Assembly (NCBI RefSeq): GCF_009914755.1
Contig: NC_060942.1
DNA from: the human T2T-CHM13v2.0 reference genome, Homo sapiens
Reading direction: 5' to 3' (one strand)
DNA: 64,000 bases
The position numbers and the translations under genes were made by a program. Under the pieces are notes generated by a model, which saw nothing but the letters and a program-made list of their open reading frames with translations, was not told the DNA's origin and did no database searches. Shown here one piece after another: positions 1 to 14,446 of the stretch (positions within the stretch are counted from its first letter, which is position 1; every line of letters begins with the position of its first letter).

Positions 1-2294
1 TTAGGTATGAATTCTACTAAAGCTTGGGTGCAAGTGGTGTGCACATTCCCCAGCCACCAGGCTAGGCTGCTGCCACGGAAGGTAGCACCACCCTATCCAG
101 TAGCAGGGCTGCAGCATAACCACTGCTGCCCACAACCTGAGCATTCTGATGGTGGCCTGGGGATCACCCCACCCCTGCCTACCATGCTGACACCCACACA
201 CACCATCAGGAGGCCTGAAGATGAGCTCACCTGGCCCAGTGTTGCCCAACTTCTCCCATCCCAGAGCACAGACTTTGGAGGCAAAAAGATTGCTTAGCCA
301 AGTCCACCACCACTGCACATGAACACTCCTCCTGGGGCCTGAGGTTGGGACTACCCACCCAGCTACCACCACAGCTGGCATCTATCTGCACATAGCACCT
401 GTGAGCATTGAGACTGGCCCACTCGGCTCATCACAGTCCCACTGCCAATATAAGCACTCACCACGTGGGATCCAGATAGTTGTCCTGTTACCTTCACCCA
501 TGCCATTCTAGCTGTCCAGGGACCTGAGAACCCACCCACCTGGCCCACTGCTGCCTACCAGAATTGGAGTAAGCCACCTGGAGGCTCAAGAATAGGTTTA
601 CCTGAACCAACAAACACCAGGGTACACCACTCTGGGACCCAAGGACAGGCATCCCAGCCCATTGCTGCCATCACTGGGGCCTAAAGACTGGCCTTCCTGA
701 CATCCTAGCCCACAGAAAAACTTCATCACAGCCTCCAATAACAATTGCACCCTAAGCCACTGGGAAAATCACAGATACTACTGATGATGTTTACAGTCAA
801 AGAAGTTTTACAAAGACTACACTACCGCACACATCTAAAATCAAAGCCAAAGTGCCCTGCTCAACCAACACCATAGGTACATATTCAGGAAAAAGTCCTC
901 CCTGATGAAAGCAAATTCAGAAATTTGGAAAAAATAACTATATACCAGATGCAGAGATATCAATGTAAAGGCACAGGAAACATGAAAAAGCAAAAACGTA
1001 TGACACCTTTAAAGGGCCATAATTTTCCAGCAATAGATCCCAATCAAAAAGAAATTCATGAAATCCCAGAATAAGAAACTAAATTATTGATTCTTAAGAA
1101 ACTCAGTGAGTTACAATAGAAATCTGAAAAACAATTTAAAGAAATCAGAAAAAACAATTCAGGACATGAATGAAAATTTAACAGATAGATATTATTTTAA
1201 AATACCAGAGTTTTAGAACTGAATAATTATTTGAATAAAGTTAAAAATACATTTGAAAGCTTCAGCAATAAACTAGATCAAGCAGAAGAAAAAAATCTCA
1301 GAACTTGAAGACAGGTCTTTCAAAATAACCTTGTCAGAAAAAAATAAAGAGAATAAAAAGAATGAGCAAAGTTTTTGTGACATATGATAAACCCATAAAG
1401 CAATCAAATATTAAAATTATGGGAGTCCCATAAAGCAAAGAGAAAATTGAAGCATTCTATAACTTATTAAATAGATAATAAATGAAAACTCCCCAATTTA
1501 GGAAGAAATTTAGACATTCAGATATAGGAGGTTCTGAGATCCCCAAACAGATAAAATGCAACAAGATCTTCATGGCACATTATAGTCAAACCAGCTTAAG
1601 TCAAAGATAAATAGGGAATTCTAAAAAGAGCAAGAGAAAAGCATGTAGTCACCTATAAAGGAACACTCCATTAGACTAATAGAATTCTCAGCAGAAATCT
1701 TATGGGCCAGTAGAGAATAGGATGACATATTCAAAGTGCTAAAAAGAAAAAAAAAATCACGAAGGATACTATACCCAGCAAAATTAACCCTCATAAATGA
1801 AGGAGAAATAAAATTTTTCCCAGACAATTGAAAGCAAAGGAAATTCATTAGCACTAGACTCTCCCTACGAGAAATGCTCAAGGCAGTCTTCAACCCAAAA
1901 GCGAAAGGACAGCATTTACCATCATGAAAACACGTTGTAACTAATACTCACTGGTAAAGCAAACAGACAAATGAGGAAGAGAAAGGACTCAATGATAACA
2001 CTACAGAAAACCACCAAACCAAAATGACAGACAATAAGGAAAAAATAAAGGAACAAAGAATATACTAAACCAGAAAATAACAGCATGACAGGAACAAAAT
2101 CTCACACATCAGTAACAAGCTTGAATGTAAATGATTAGATTCTCCTCCTAAAAGATATCGACTTGCTGAGTGAATTTTTAAAATAATCCAACTACAAACT
2201 GCTCACAAAAAATAAACTTTACCTCTAAAGACTCATTATAGAATGAAAGTGCAGAGATGGAGAAAGATATTCCACACAAGAAAACCAAAAGGGA

Positions 2295-2605
2295 AGCCAG
2301 ACACGGTGGCTCATGCCTGTCATCCCAGCACTTTGGGAGGCCAAGTCGGGTGGATCACTTGAGGCCAGGAGTTCGAGACCAGCCTGGCCAACACAGCAAA
2401 ACCCTGTCTCCACTAAAAATACAAAAATCAGCTGGGCATAGTGGTGCACACCGATAGTCCCAGCTACTCAGGAGGCTGGGGCATGAGAATCACTTGAACT
2501 TCGGGAGGTGGAGGTCACAGTGAGTGGAGATTGCGCCACTGTACTCCAGCCTGTGCCACAGAGTAAGACCCTGCCCCACCCCACCCCCCAAAAAAGCAAC
2601 AATAA
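2295..2605 (+). mobile_element. Alu (AluJ-like) inserted in L1 ORF2
   Basis: Full dimeric Alu with gaggccaggagttcgagacc and gagtaagaccctg; degenerate tail. Confidence 0.9.
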
Positions 2606-4480
2606 ACAATCCCAAAGTGAGCAGGAATAGCTATATTTACATCAGATAAAATGTACTTCAAGTCAAAAACACTAAAAAGGAAAAAAAAAGGACAAAGAAG
2701 GTCATTATGTAATGATAAAACAATAAAACAGCTAGAGGATATAAACATTCTAAATATATAGGCACCCAACACTGGAGCACCCAGATTCATAAAGCAAATA
2801 TTACTAGATCTAAAGATGTCTAAAGATGGCAATAGACTCTAAAACAAGAATAGTGGGAGACTTCAACACCCTACTCTAAGCATTACACCGATCATCTAGA
2901 CAGAAGATCTACAAGGAAACATTAAACTACACATTAGACCAAATAAACCTAACAGACATTTAAAAAAACATTACATTTTATTCAACAACTGCAGAATACA
3001 CTGTGTTCTCATCAACACATAGAATATTCTCCAGGACCTACTATATGTTAGGCCACAAAGCAAGTCTAAAAATATTTGAAAGATTAAAAATTATATCAAG
3101 TATTTCTCAGACCATAATGGAATAAAACTAAAAATCAACGCCAAGTTAAACTTTGGAAACTTATAAATAGTTGGAAATTAAACAATATACTCCTGAACAA
3201 CCACTGGGTTATGAAGAAATTAAGTTGGAAATTTAAAAATTTTTTGAAACAAATGAAAATAGGAATATAATATATCAAAACTCATGGTACATAGCAAAAA
3301 CAGTACTAAGAGGGAATATTATAGCAATAAATGCCTACATTTAAAAAGTAGAAAGATTTCAAATAATCTTTCAAATAATGTAGATTTCAAATAATCTAAT
3401 GATGATCCTCAAGGAACTGGAAAAGCAAGAATAAACTAAGCCCAAAAACAGCAAAAGGAAAAAAAAATAATGATTAAAGCAGAACTAAATGAAATAGAGA
3501 CTAACAATACAAAAAACAATAAAACCAAAAGGTAGTTCTTAAAAAATAAACAAAACTAATAATTATTAGACTAACCAAGAAGAGAAGATAGAAGACTCAA
3601 ATTAAAAAAAATCAGAAATGAAAATGGAGACATTTCAACTGATAAAACAGAGATACAAAAGATCATCAGAGACTATTATGAACAACTATATGCTAACAAA
3701 CCAGAAACCTTATAGGAAATGGATAATTTTCTGGAAACATATATCCTACTAAAATTGAATCAGAAACAAATAGAAAACCTGAACAGACCAGTAATGAGTA
3801 GTGAGATTGAATCAGTAATGAAAATCTTCCAACAAAGCAAAGACCAGGACCAGATAAATTCACTAATGAATTCCACCAAAGATATAAAGAAGAAATAATA
3901 ATAATCCTCAAGCTATTTCAAAAAAATCAAAGAGAAGGAAATTTTCCCTAACTCATTCTATAAGGCCAATATTACCCTGATACCAAAACCAGACAAGGAT
4001 TTGACAAATAGTGAAACTACAGGCCAATATTCATGATGAACAGAGATACAAAAATCCCCAGCAAAATACTAATCAACAGAAAGCAACAGCATATCAAAAA
4101 GATAATAAACCATGATCAGATGAGATTTATACCAGGGATGCAAGGGTGGTTTCATGTACCCAAATCAGTAAAAAGGAAATGCATCATATCAATAAAATGA
4201 AGGGAAAAAAACAACAGATGCCGAAAAAGCATTTGATAAAACTCAACATCACTTCATGTAAAAGCTTCAACCAATTAGGCATAGAAGGACCATACCTCAA
4301 CACAATAAAAGCTGTATACAACAAACCCTCAGTTAACATCATACTGAATGGGAAAGGTTGAAAGCTTTTTCCTTAAGATATGAAACAAGACAAGGATGCT
4401 CACTTTCATCATTCCTATTCAACATATTTCTGGAAGTTCTAGCCAAGGCAATGAGGCAATAGCAATAAATAAATGGCATC

Positions 4481-4779
4481 AGCCCAGCACAGTGTCTCAT
4501 GCCTGTAATCCCAGCACTTTGGGAGGCTGAGGTGGGTGAATCACTTGAGGTCAGGAGTTCAAGACTAGCCTGGCTAATATGGTGAATCCCCGTCTCTACT
4601 AAAAATAGAAAAATTAGATGGGTGTGGTGGCAAACACCTGTAATCCCAGCTACTCAGGATTACAGGAGGCTGAGGCAGGAGAATCGCTTGAACCCGAGAG
4701 GTGGAGGTTGCAGTTAGCCAAGATTGTGCCACTGCACTCCTGCCTGGGCAATAGAGTGAGACTCCATCTTAAAAAAATA
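4481..4779 (+). mobile_element. Alu (AluS-like) inserted in L1 ORF2
   Basis: Dimeric Alu; 17-nt TSD aataaataaat(g/a)gcatc at 4464-4480 and 4780-4796. Confidence 0.93.
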
Positions 4780-7598
4780 AATAAATAAATAGCATCACAG
4801 TTGCAAAAACAAAGAAGGTAAAATTGTCCCTCTTTGCAGATGACATAATCCTATATCTAGCAAAACCAAAGATTCCACCAAAAAACTCTTATATCTGATA
4901 ACCAAATTTAGTAGAATTGCAGAGTACAAAATGAACATAGAAAAAATCAGTACCATTTCTGTACACCATAGTGAAATAGCTGAAAGTGAAATCAAGAAGG
5001 CAATTCCACTTACAATAGCTACAAAAAATCCCAAGAAATAAACTTAACCAAGGAAGTGAAAGGTCTCTACAAGGAAAACTGCAAAACACTGATTAAAATA
5101 ACACAGGAGGACACAAACAAATAGAAAGATATCCCATGCTCATGAAAAGGAAGAATTAATGTTGTTAAATGACCATACTACCCAAAGCAATATACAAATT
5201 CAACACAATCCCTATCAAAATAACAATGTCATTTTTCACAGAAATAAAAAAAATCTTAAAGTTCATATAGAACCAAAAATGAGAAGAATAGCCAAAGTAA
5301 TCCTGAGTAAAAAGAACAAAGCTGGAGGTATCATACTACCTGACTTCAAATTATATTACAAGGCAATAGTAACCAATACAGCATGGTATTGTTATTAAAA
5401 TAAACACATAGACTAATGGAACAGAATAGGGAACCCCAAAATAAATCTTTATATTTACACCCAGCTAATTTGACAAAGATACAAAGAATATATACTAGGG
5501 AAAGGACACCCTCTTCGATACACATACAGGGAAATTTAAATACTCATATGCCAAAAAATGAAACTGGATCCATATTTCTCACCGTATATAAAAATCAACT
5601 CAAGATGGATTAAAGACTTACACTTACCCAAAATTATAAAACCACTGTAAGGAAAACATTTCAAGACTGGTCTAGGCAAAGGTTTCACAGCTAAGACTTC
5701 AATAGCATAGAAACTAAAACAAAAAGACAAATAAGATTATACTAAACTAAAAAGCTCTACACAGTAAAGGAAACAAACTACAAAGTGAAGAAACAATCAG
5801 TTGAATAGGAGAGAATATGTGCAAACTGTTCATCCAGTGGGGACTAATACCCAAAATACTCAAAGAACTCAAACAACTCAACAATAAAAAAACAAATAAT
5901 GTCTTAAAAATTCGGCAAAGGACATAAACAGACAATTCCCACAAGAAGACATACAAATGGTTAATAGGTATATGAAAAAATGCTCAACATCAGTAATCAT
6001 CAGGGAAATGCAAATCAAAACCACAATGAGAGATCATCTTATCCCAGTCAGAATGGCTATTATAAAAAATAAAATGTAAGAAATGTTGGCAAGGATGTGG
6101 AGAAAAGCAAACACTTACATATTGTTGGTGGGAATGTAAATTAGTACAAGCACTATGAAAAACAGCATAGAGATTTCTCAAAAAACTAAAAATAGAACTA
6201 CCATATGATCCAGCAATCCTACTACTGGATATCCATCCAAAGGAAATCAGTATATCAAGAGGATACCTACACTAGCATGTTTATTGTAGCACTATTCAAA
6301 ATAGCAAAAATATGGAATCAGCTTAAGTGTCCATCAGTAAACAAATGGGCAAAGAAAATGTGGTACATATACATAGTAGAATATGATTTGGCCATAACAA
6401 AGATTGAAATCATGTCATTTGCAGCAACATGGGTGGAACTGGAGGTCATTATGTTAAGTCAAAGAACCCAGGTATAATAAGATAAATACCGCATGTTCTC
6501 ACTCATATGTAGGAGCTAAAAAACTTAGTATCATGGTGACAGAGAACAGAATGATAGATACCAGAGGTGGGTAAGTGTGTTAGAATGAGTAGGGGAAATG
6601 AAAAGAGGTGGATGAGTGGGTATAAACTTACAGTTTAGATAGAAAAACAAGTTCTAATGTTTGATAACAGCCTAAAGTGACTATGATCAGCAACAGTATA
6701 CTGTATATTTCAAAATAGCTAGAAGAGAGAACTTGAAATGTTACCCTTTTCAAGGTGATGAAATGATAAATACTCAAGGTGATGGGTGCCCCCAAATAAG
6801 CAGGTTTGATCATTATACATTCTATGCATGTAAAAAATACAAATATCACATAAGTATGTGAAGTATTATGTATCAATAAAAGAAACAAAATGTAAAATAT
6901 ATAAACAATATAGACATCAGAACATTAAAATCTCAGCTATATATTATAGTTATATCATATCTTATTCTGGAATTTGAACAATTTTGGATATTCTTTTCCC
7001 TCGTCTTATTGTCACACAATAACAAAGTAGAGAATATGTCACCTAATTTTAAGTGGTTACATTGGGGAAAAAAGACAGGTTTATTACTAAGGGTTCCATA
7101 TTGAGTAGCATAATAGCATAATAGAATGAGACACAATTCTTTTGACAACCAGATCACTACTTTTGCTCATAGGTCTGGGTGGCTTTTTTTTTCCCCTGCA
7201 AATTCCACAGGCAGCATTAATTAGCAAGCTGAAAGCACTTTCATTTTCACTTTTGGCTAGCAGACTTCAATGAATCTCTAATTTACACATTTCAGCTCTG
7301 CAGACATTTGCAGACCAATATTTTAAGAGCAAGTCTTTATTTGGCTTAGCCTCCATTTCTGTATAAAGTTAAGATGTGCATTTACTTGTCATTTCAGCAA
7401 AACCCTTGCCACAATTAATGAATGGTTCCAAAAAAATAAGTGTGTGGTCAATCCCATTCCACTTTTCTTTAGCCTGTAAATTGTTAGTTCTTTTGTAGTA
7501 ACAGCTAGTTTAAACACAATGAAAACATCAGCAAAACATTGGCAAAATGTTCTTTCCAACAACTGATTCAAAATCATGATATAAAGGAAAAACATATA

Positions 7599-7963
7599 CA
7601 GACGGTTCCTGACTTACAATGGTTCAACTTAGCAATTTTTTGACTTTATGATGGTGTGAAAGCAAGACACATTCAGTTGAAAGCGCATTTTGAGCACCCA
7701 TACAACCATTCTGTTTTTCACTTTCAGCTCAGCATTCAATAAATTGCATGAGATACTCAACATTTTATTATAAACAGGCTTTGTGTTAGATAACTCCATC
7801 TAACTGTAGGCTAATGTAAGTATTCTGAGCATCTTTAAAGTAGGCTAGGCTAAGATATGGTGTTAAGTACCTTGGGCGTATCAAACCCATTTTGATTTAG
7901 AATATTTTCAATTTACAATAGGTCTGTTGGGATGCAATCACATTGTAAGTTGAGAAGCATCTG
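7599..7963 (-). mobile_element. MER47A-type Tigger MITE
   Basis: TIRs cagacggttcctgacttacaat ... attgtaagttgagaagcatctg, TA on both sides, 365 bp; internal sequence matches remembered MER47A. Confidence 0.85.
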
Positions 7964-10719
7964 TATTCAAAATTTTGGTGACTATATTTTTAATAAAAAC
8001 GATCGATTGATCTATTTATCTCTCGTTTGGAAAGGTACATACCGAACTGTTAATGGAGATTATTGTTGGGGGCACAGTAGATTGGGAGTGAAGAATAGGG
8101 GACCCTTCCTTTCTCTTTATACATTTTGGTACTTTTTGGAATTTTTTCATGACTATATACTTCACATGAATATGTAATATTTTATTAATCTTACATTGCT
8201 GATAGAAGCTATTTTGAGGATTAAGCTATTTTGAGGTGATTGAAGCTATTTTCAAAATAGAAACTATTTTGAAGTGATTGAAGCTATTTTCCTGAGGAAA
8301 AATGCTTCAATCATGAATATGTATTTTTAAAACAAATCTATATTTTATTAATATACTTTATTAATCAATTGAACTTTGAAATAAAACAACATGCGAGGTG
8401 GAGGTTCTTAGCCCATTAGTACATGGGTGCACAAACCATTGTGGAAATGTGAGTCTGAGATACGAACAGAGATAGTGTGTTAAGCCATAGTCTGTGTACT
8501 TTCCACTGCCTTATGCTGCAGGGATAAGAAAAATGAGTCAATTGTATCATTTAATGGAATCTCCTTGTGTTTCTAACTTAGGTATCACGGAGGATAAATA
8601 ACGAAAAGAACCATGTGTGATATGCTCTGGTGACATTGATACAGCCCAGAATTCAGGGCAATCCCATGAGAAAATTGTTCATATAAATTTGGTCAGAAAT
8701 ATATTTTATATTCACGTCCTTTAATTGTAAAATTAGTAAAAGAAGTGTTTATTCTTCAAAATATTAGAAATGGGTGCAGAGAACATTTAAGTTGGCAAGG
8801 AACACTCCAGATAATTTTGTCTGATAATCAAAAATATTCTAGGATGAAAAAACGTAATGAAAAAATTTGCCAGATTATAAATTGAGTTTTCTATTGCAGG
8901 TCCAATAACACATATTTTGCTTTCAATTACTATTTCCTCTGAACCCAAATATTTAAAATAAGAGAGTTACTAATAATGTTAGTCCCAGCATTGTTACTTT
9001 TCTTGAGATGATAAAAACTATGATATAAATTTGAAGACAGGATGAGCCACTAAGAAAATCAAGTCTTGAGGTCAACAAGAAGCAAGGCTAAAGTAAAAGG
9101 TTAAAATTCTCAGCTTAAGAGAAGAACTTGGGAACAATGCCTTGAGCAATTGTAACAAAAACTGAGTGAAAAAAATCACATTCTTGGGCCTTTACCCCCA
9201 ATCCCTACTGTGAAGAATGGCAAACAGAGGAAAGAACTAAAGGCAAAGAAAATCCTTAATATCCTCCTCTATGTGGCAGGTGTTAAGGGAAGCACATGTC
9301 TCTTTCCTGATATGGGAAATAGTTATCCATGGGGACCTTATTAGCTAAAATGAAAAAAAAAAGCCACTTCGTTATCACCCTTAAATTTCTTACATGCTTA
9401 AAGCAATTTCTAGGAAGTGAATTCACATTTGCTGCATTCTTTAACAAAGCCCTGGCTTCTGGGATTTTCTAAATTTCTAAACTTCTTTCAAAGCATTAGA
9501 AAAGCATTATAGATTTTCTTTTTTTTCTTCCTTTTTAAATTTTAACCTTTTAGTAGTTGGGGTGACCGATATTAAACAAAGTTGGAAGTTACAGACAGTA
9601 TCAATCAAAGTTAATTTCTTATTCTACCTTTAAAATACACCTTGGGTTTGTTCTACAAGTCATATTTAGCCATATTGTAATGTTGATTATTGTTCTTAAT
9701 ATTTATTATACAGGGCTACAGTTTATAATTGCTATAGATAGATTTTACTAAAAGGTATGGGATATAATTTATTCTATCACAAAATAATAATCTTTAAACA
9801 GTTTTCTGTTGCATGAAGTTATGCATGTGATTTACAAAAATATAGGTTCAGGCAGCAATATAAAATTATACATAGGCATGAAGTCAGGAGCAAAAAATGA
9901 AGACTTTTTTCTATAAATACAAAGTTCTGAATATACTTTAGTAAATTCTGATGTTTGGGCTCAGATATTGACCTCATTGACTCTTTTAAGAGCTGACTAT
10001 ACACTTTGCCTTTTCCTTACTCTAATTTTCATACACTTCTCTGCAACCCATTCAATCAAATATTTGAATAAGGCTACATACACAAAGAGGCAAGCTCCCT
10101 AGCCAGTAATGATGGCTCATTTTCCCAGATGAAAAACTCTGAAGACATCCCTCCCACCAAACCCCTTTCTATCTGCAAGTAAAGAATAAAACTGTGCCAG
10201 AAAACATGATGGTATTTTCTAAAGTTGAGAGGAATATGTCCATGATTCCTATCCCAATTACGAATCCCAGTGGATTCACATGAATGATCAAATGTTGACA
10301 AGTTGTCTGTTGATCTTTAATCATATTCCAAAAGTTTAAGTAAAGTGTAGGAGAGGTAGCATGTATATTAATAGACTAAATGCTTCTGAAACACCAATCA
10401 AAGAAGGAAGAAAGGCAAGAAAAAGAAATGTGACCAGTAATTGAAACTGAAATTGGTAGATAAGTGATAATGAGTGGATGCTTTCAGTTATTAAGCATCC
10501 GGTGCAGCAAGTTCCTTTATATTAGTTATTTCCTTTAATTCCCCAAACAATTCCATGAACTAGTTATCTCCATATTACAAATAAGAGAAATCTCATGTGC
10601 TAAAGCCTTCCCAGACGATCACTACCAACTTGTCCTCACATTCTCCTTTCTGTCAGTACTACATCTTGCACTAATCTTCATCATGACATTTTTCACACTT
10701 GGGAAATAGGTCGAATCAC

Positions 10720-10935
10720 ATTGAGGTTAAGACCATGAGCTTGGCAGTCAGAAAAACATATAATCAGAACTTAGTCCTGTCATTCACAACCTGTGTGGTT
10801 TGGACGTAATCTCTCTGAGCCTTAGTTTCCTTATAAGGAGAACAGGGGTAGCTGTAGGATTTACATTACAGTACATGTGTTACAAATAAATGAGTTCATG
10901 TTTGCAGAGTAGCTAGCCCAGTACCTGGTCCACAT
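10720..10935 (+). mobile_element. MIR SINE
   Basis: Core-like ctctctgagccttagtttcctt with MIR-like flanks. Confidence 0.65.
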
Positions 10936-11399
10936 CAAGGAAGGTAGTATTTGAAGGGAGAGAAAGCCTCTGATTTTCTTCATGTACTTACAGTGTGCAT
11001 GATTTTCTTCATGTACATACAGTGTGCTTTGGCAAAAGCAGATCCATAGTGGGGGTTTATTAAATGCTCATTGAATGAATGACAAATAAATGAATTAATG
11101 TATGTATGCAAATATGTATGTATGCATGTATAGATGGATGAATGGATAATCTTTTGCATCCTAAGACAGTAGTTTTCCTATTAAAGCTCCAATCATCTTT
11201 ACAATTTTCCTCTTCCTAGAGTAGGATGAATTTTTGTGAGATAACCAACTATGACCAATAATCTGCTTATTTTTACAGAGATCAAAGTTATACATAGGTA
11301 CCCAAGAAAAAACAATAAAAATAATTTTTTCTTCACCTATTCTTGTAGGATACAAGAATGACTCTCTACAATGCATCATAAGAAATGACAATGTGAGGT

Positions 11400-11575
11400 G
11401 CAGAATGAGCTGGAATCAGCCTCTCTTTATTAGTTATATCGCTTTAAAAATATTCCTTGATCTTTCTTAGCATCAGTTTCCTCACTCATAAATCTGGGAC
11501 ATAATAGTAATTATATGTGTCTTACAGTGTTGTGATAGTCCAATGAGATAATGTAAATTAAAGGGTGCACAGTGT
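11400..11575 (+). mobile_element. MIR SINE
   Basis: catcagtttcctcactcataaatctggg ... aatgagataatgtaa. Confidence 0.65.
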
Positions 11576-12927
11576 AAGGGTTAAGGGATAAGTTTTCTTT
11601 GAATCAGGGAGGCAGTTGCCTCTTCATCATAATACCCTCTTCAGTGTGTTTTCCTCTTTAGGGTGCCATCTCGAAAACATATAGGCCTGAATAAAAGGCC
11701 CAACCTTTTGACTTTCTAATTCAAGATTAGGGACTTCTGACCATTAAAACTGTAAATGTATACCTCCAGAATTAGCTTAGGGGTCTCTCTCATGGGATAA
11801 ATAAAAAGAGTTCCATCCATATCTATCAAGAAGATAGAGAAATTGTAACTGCTCATTCTTCTCACTTTACTGTGTATGTGTATGAAATTCTGTTCAGACT
11901 TCATAGTCACTTTTATGTCACTTAACTCTATAAAAAATTGTGTTATTTCTCTTTCTTTTAAATAGGTACAGAGGGATCTTTTGTTAGAATTGTTTTATTT
12001 CTCCATCAATTAAAAACTATAAAGTACCAAACAACTGTTAATTGTTGATGCTGTTATTGTAATTATTATAATTATGATCATTTCAGGACCACAATGATAT
12101 AAAATTATAGCAATTATCCATATGAAAAGAAAATAAAATACTTTTATCTTTAACTAATTGGATAATTACTACAAAATGCTTTTCCCAAAACTCAGCTGAA
12201 TATATACTTTTTTCCTTTGCCTCAAATTTATTTTTATCATATATTAATGCCAAGATCAAAAGTATAAAACTTCCCAAATTAAAAGTTATTAAATTTTAGA
12301 ACTGTCAGACTCCAGTAATAAAAGACAATTTTTGTTATACTAAGAAGCTGTATACTTTAAATGAAAAATACATGACAAGTTTTCATATACTCTAAATGCT
12401 ATATACCAATATTAAAGAGGAAACAACATATAGAGTAGTCCAATGAATGCTAAAGATGCTTTGAAATTTTATGCAATAATATAACTTAAAACAGACATTT
12501 GTCAATGATCTACATTATGAGTAAGTTAGTTATCATAATTAAATGCAATATATGCTTTTAAAGACTTAAAGATCAAACTTAAGATGTCTAAAATCAAATT
12601 CGTTCCTGCCTCCCATTACCGCCACTACTCTCTTCAAAAACTCCCTCTTTCTATTGACTTTCCTATGTCTATAATGGCACCCATGCACTTTCAGTCTTGA
12701 AGGTTCTTTCTTTAATGCTGCCCAGTCATGGGCCAAGACTATCGTCTGTGCTTACTTTATCACACTGCCCACTACAAAATAATACAATTTTCCATTGGTC
12801 ATGCTCACCAGACTGAGTGTTTTTATGAAATCTTGAACATTAGTATTTTTCTCTGTCCTTCTTATCATCTATCTTTTCATCTGTTATTTGGATGAAGCCA
12901 AATTAATCATCTTTTATTTTATATTAA

Positions 12928-13048
12928 TTTTTTTTGAGACAGAGGCTCACTCTGTTGACCAGGCTGGTCTTGAACTCCTGGCCTCAAGTGATCCTTCTGC
13001 AACAGGTTCCCAAAGTGCTGGGCTAACAGGCATGAGCCACTGCCTGCC
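12928..13048 (-). mobile_element. Alu monomer (FLAM_C-like)
   Basis: T-tract, gagacagaggctcactctgttgaccaggctggtcttgaactcctggcctcaagtgatcc ... catgagccac; single arm only. Confidence 0.85.
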
Positions 13049-14442
13049 GTGAGCCTGGGCTGTCAAATAAATCTTGGTTGAATAAATTAATAAATGAAAT
13101 TCCATAGATTATAGGCCTATGATTTCTTTCCCATTTATTTTCTATTCTTAATTTCTAGTGTTTCTATACTAGTTTAGGCTCTTAGTCCTAATTGCCTTCC
13201 CCAGTTATTACCCCTACCATTTATTCATCTTACTCAACATTTGAAGAATAAATATATCTTAACAGAGCACTGCTTCTACTTCTCATTCCTGGTTCACAAA
13301 TGCCCATTGACCCCTATCTGCCCTCAAAAGTATATGTCATCGAAAGAACATATTCCAGTCTGACATTCTTTTCTTTCTACAATCTAATTTCAACAACTGC
13401 TCTGGCTATCCCCACACACCATGTTATCAATTTGCTTACATGCAACTTTAAGAAAACAAATAAATTTAGCATCTGACATAATTTTCCTGAGACATATGAA
13501 GTCAAACTTATAGCATATAGATAAAAAATTTTCATGGCAGCATAAATCCCAAAATTTAAGAAAGAAAATAGAAATTGTTGCTATTTAACAGTCCTCTAAA
13601 GTGGCCCTTCTAGCTTAACAATGTATCATAGTATTGAATCAAATATGCTCAAATCAAACATTAATCTGATTTTTAAAAGCAAATACAAAACGTGTTCATA
13701 TTATAGTATTATCTCTTGTGCTGAATAACATTTTTATTTTCAATATATTTTAAAATACACACATCAACCATTAATCACAATGGGCAGTTTTAGAAACTCT
13801 CCTTAGTTTATGTAACAGACCATTATACCATTATGCAAATATATATTAATGTTTCATGTGTTTGTTTGTTGAGTGTTCCCTAGCAGAGGTTTCTGTTGTA
13901 AATTTCCTGTCTATTCCTTCCTCTTGCCCTTTTCTGTACTCTGGTTTCCCATGCAAAAATTCAGACCATTTCCATATCACCTAATAATCCCAGAGCTTTC
14001 AGAAGACCTTGGCGACCTGAAGATTTTTACTCTTAAAATGACTCCTGGACTTTCCAAATGCCATTCCAAACTCTGAGACCAGTTCAGAATAGATCAACTT
14101 CTTTCCTAGATTCCTGAAGCATTGCCTTTCGAGAGAGAATCTGACGATGGAGGATGACCTGGTCCTCACCAAGCAATACCTTAGAAGAGCAGACGGGGCC
14201 AAACCAAAACTTGCCTAAGATAGATTACAAATCCCTGCCAGTCTTCAGTTGACAGCCAGCATTTGTGTCTAGGTCAGCCACCACTATATTTTCAAAAGAC
14301 ATAAGCACAGAAGACAGGGAATGGAGAATTCTAAGAAATATAAAATTTTATTTTAACTGGTTAGGAATACCTATTGAAAAACTTTGGTTAAGGTAGTAAA
14401 TTGGCTAAGTCCCTGACCATTTTTAAAATTTACTATTTACTT

Positions 14443-14446
<4 letters not shown>

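Larger units (their letters stand above)
1..6890 (+). mobile_element. Near full-length decayed LINE-1 (L1MA/L1PB-age), antisense to NOL4
   Basis: GC-richer 5'UTR (1-~950), ORF1 remnant (~980-1900), ORF2 remnant from atgacaggaacaaaatctcac (~2085) through RT-region sequence (e.g. ctctttgcagatgacataatc ~4830), L1MA-type 3'UTR and AATAAA plus A-rich tail at ~6875-6890. Many stops and frameshifts. Confidence 0.93.

Noticed and set aside
1-6888. Many 60-126 aa ORFs in the first 7 kb
   Set aside because: All lie in a decayed L1 or its Alus; they are broken ORF2 fragments or antisense noise.
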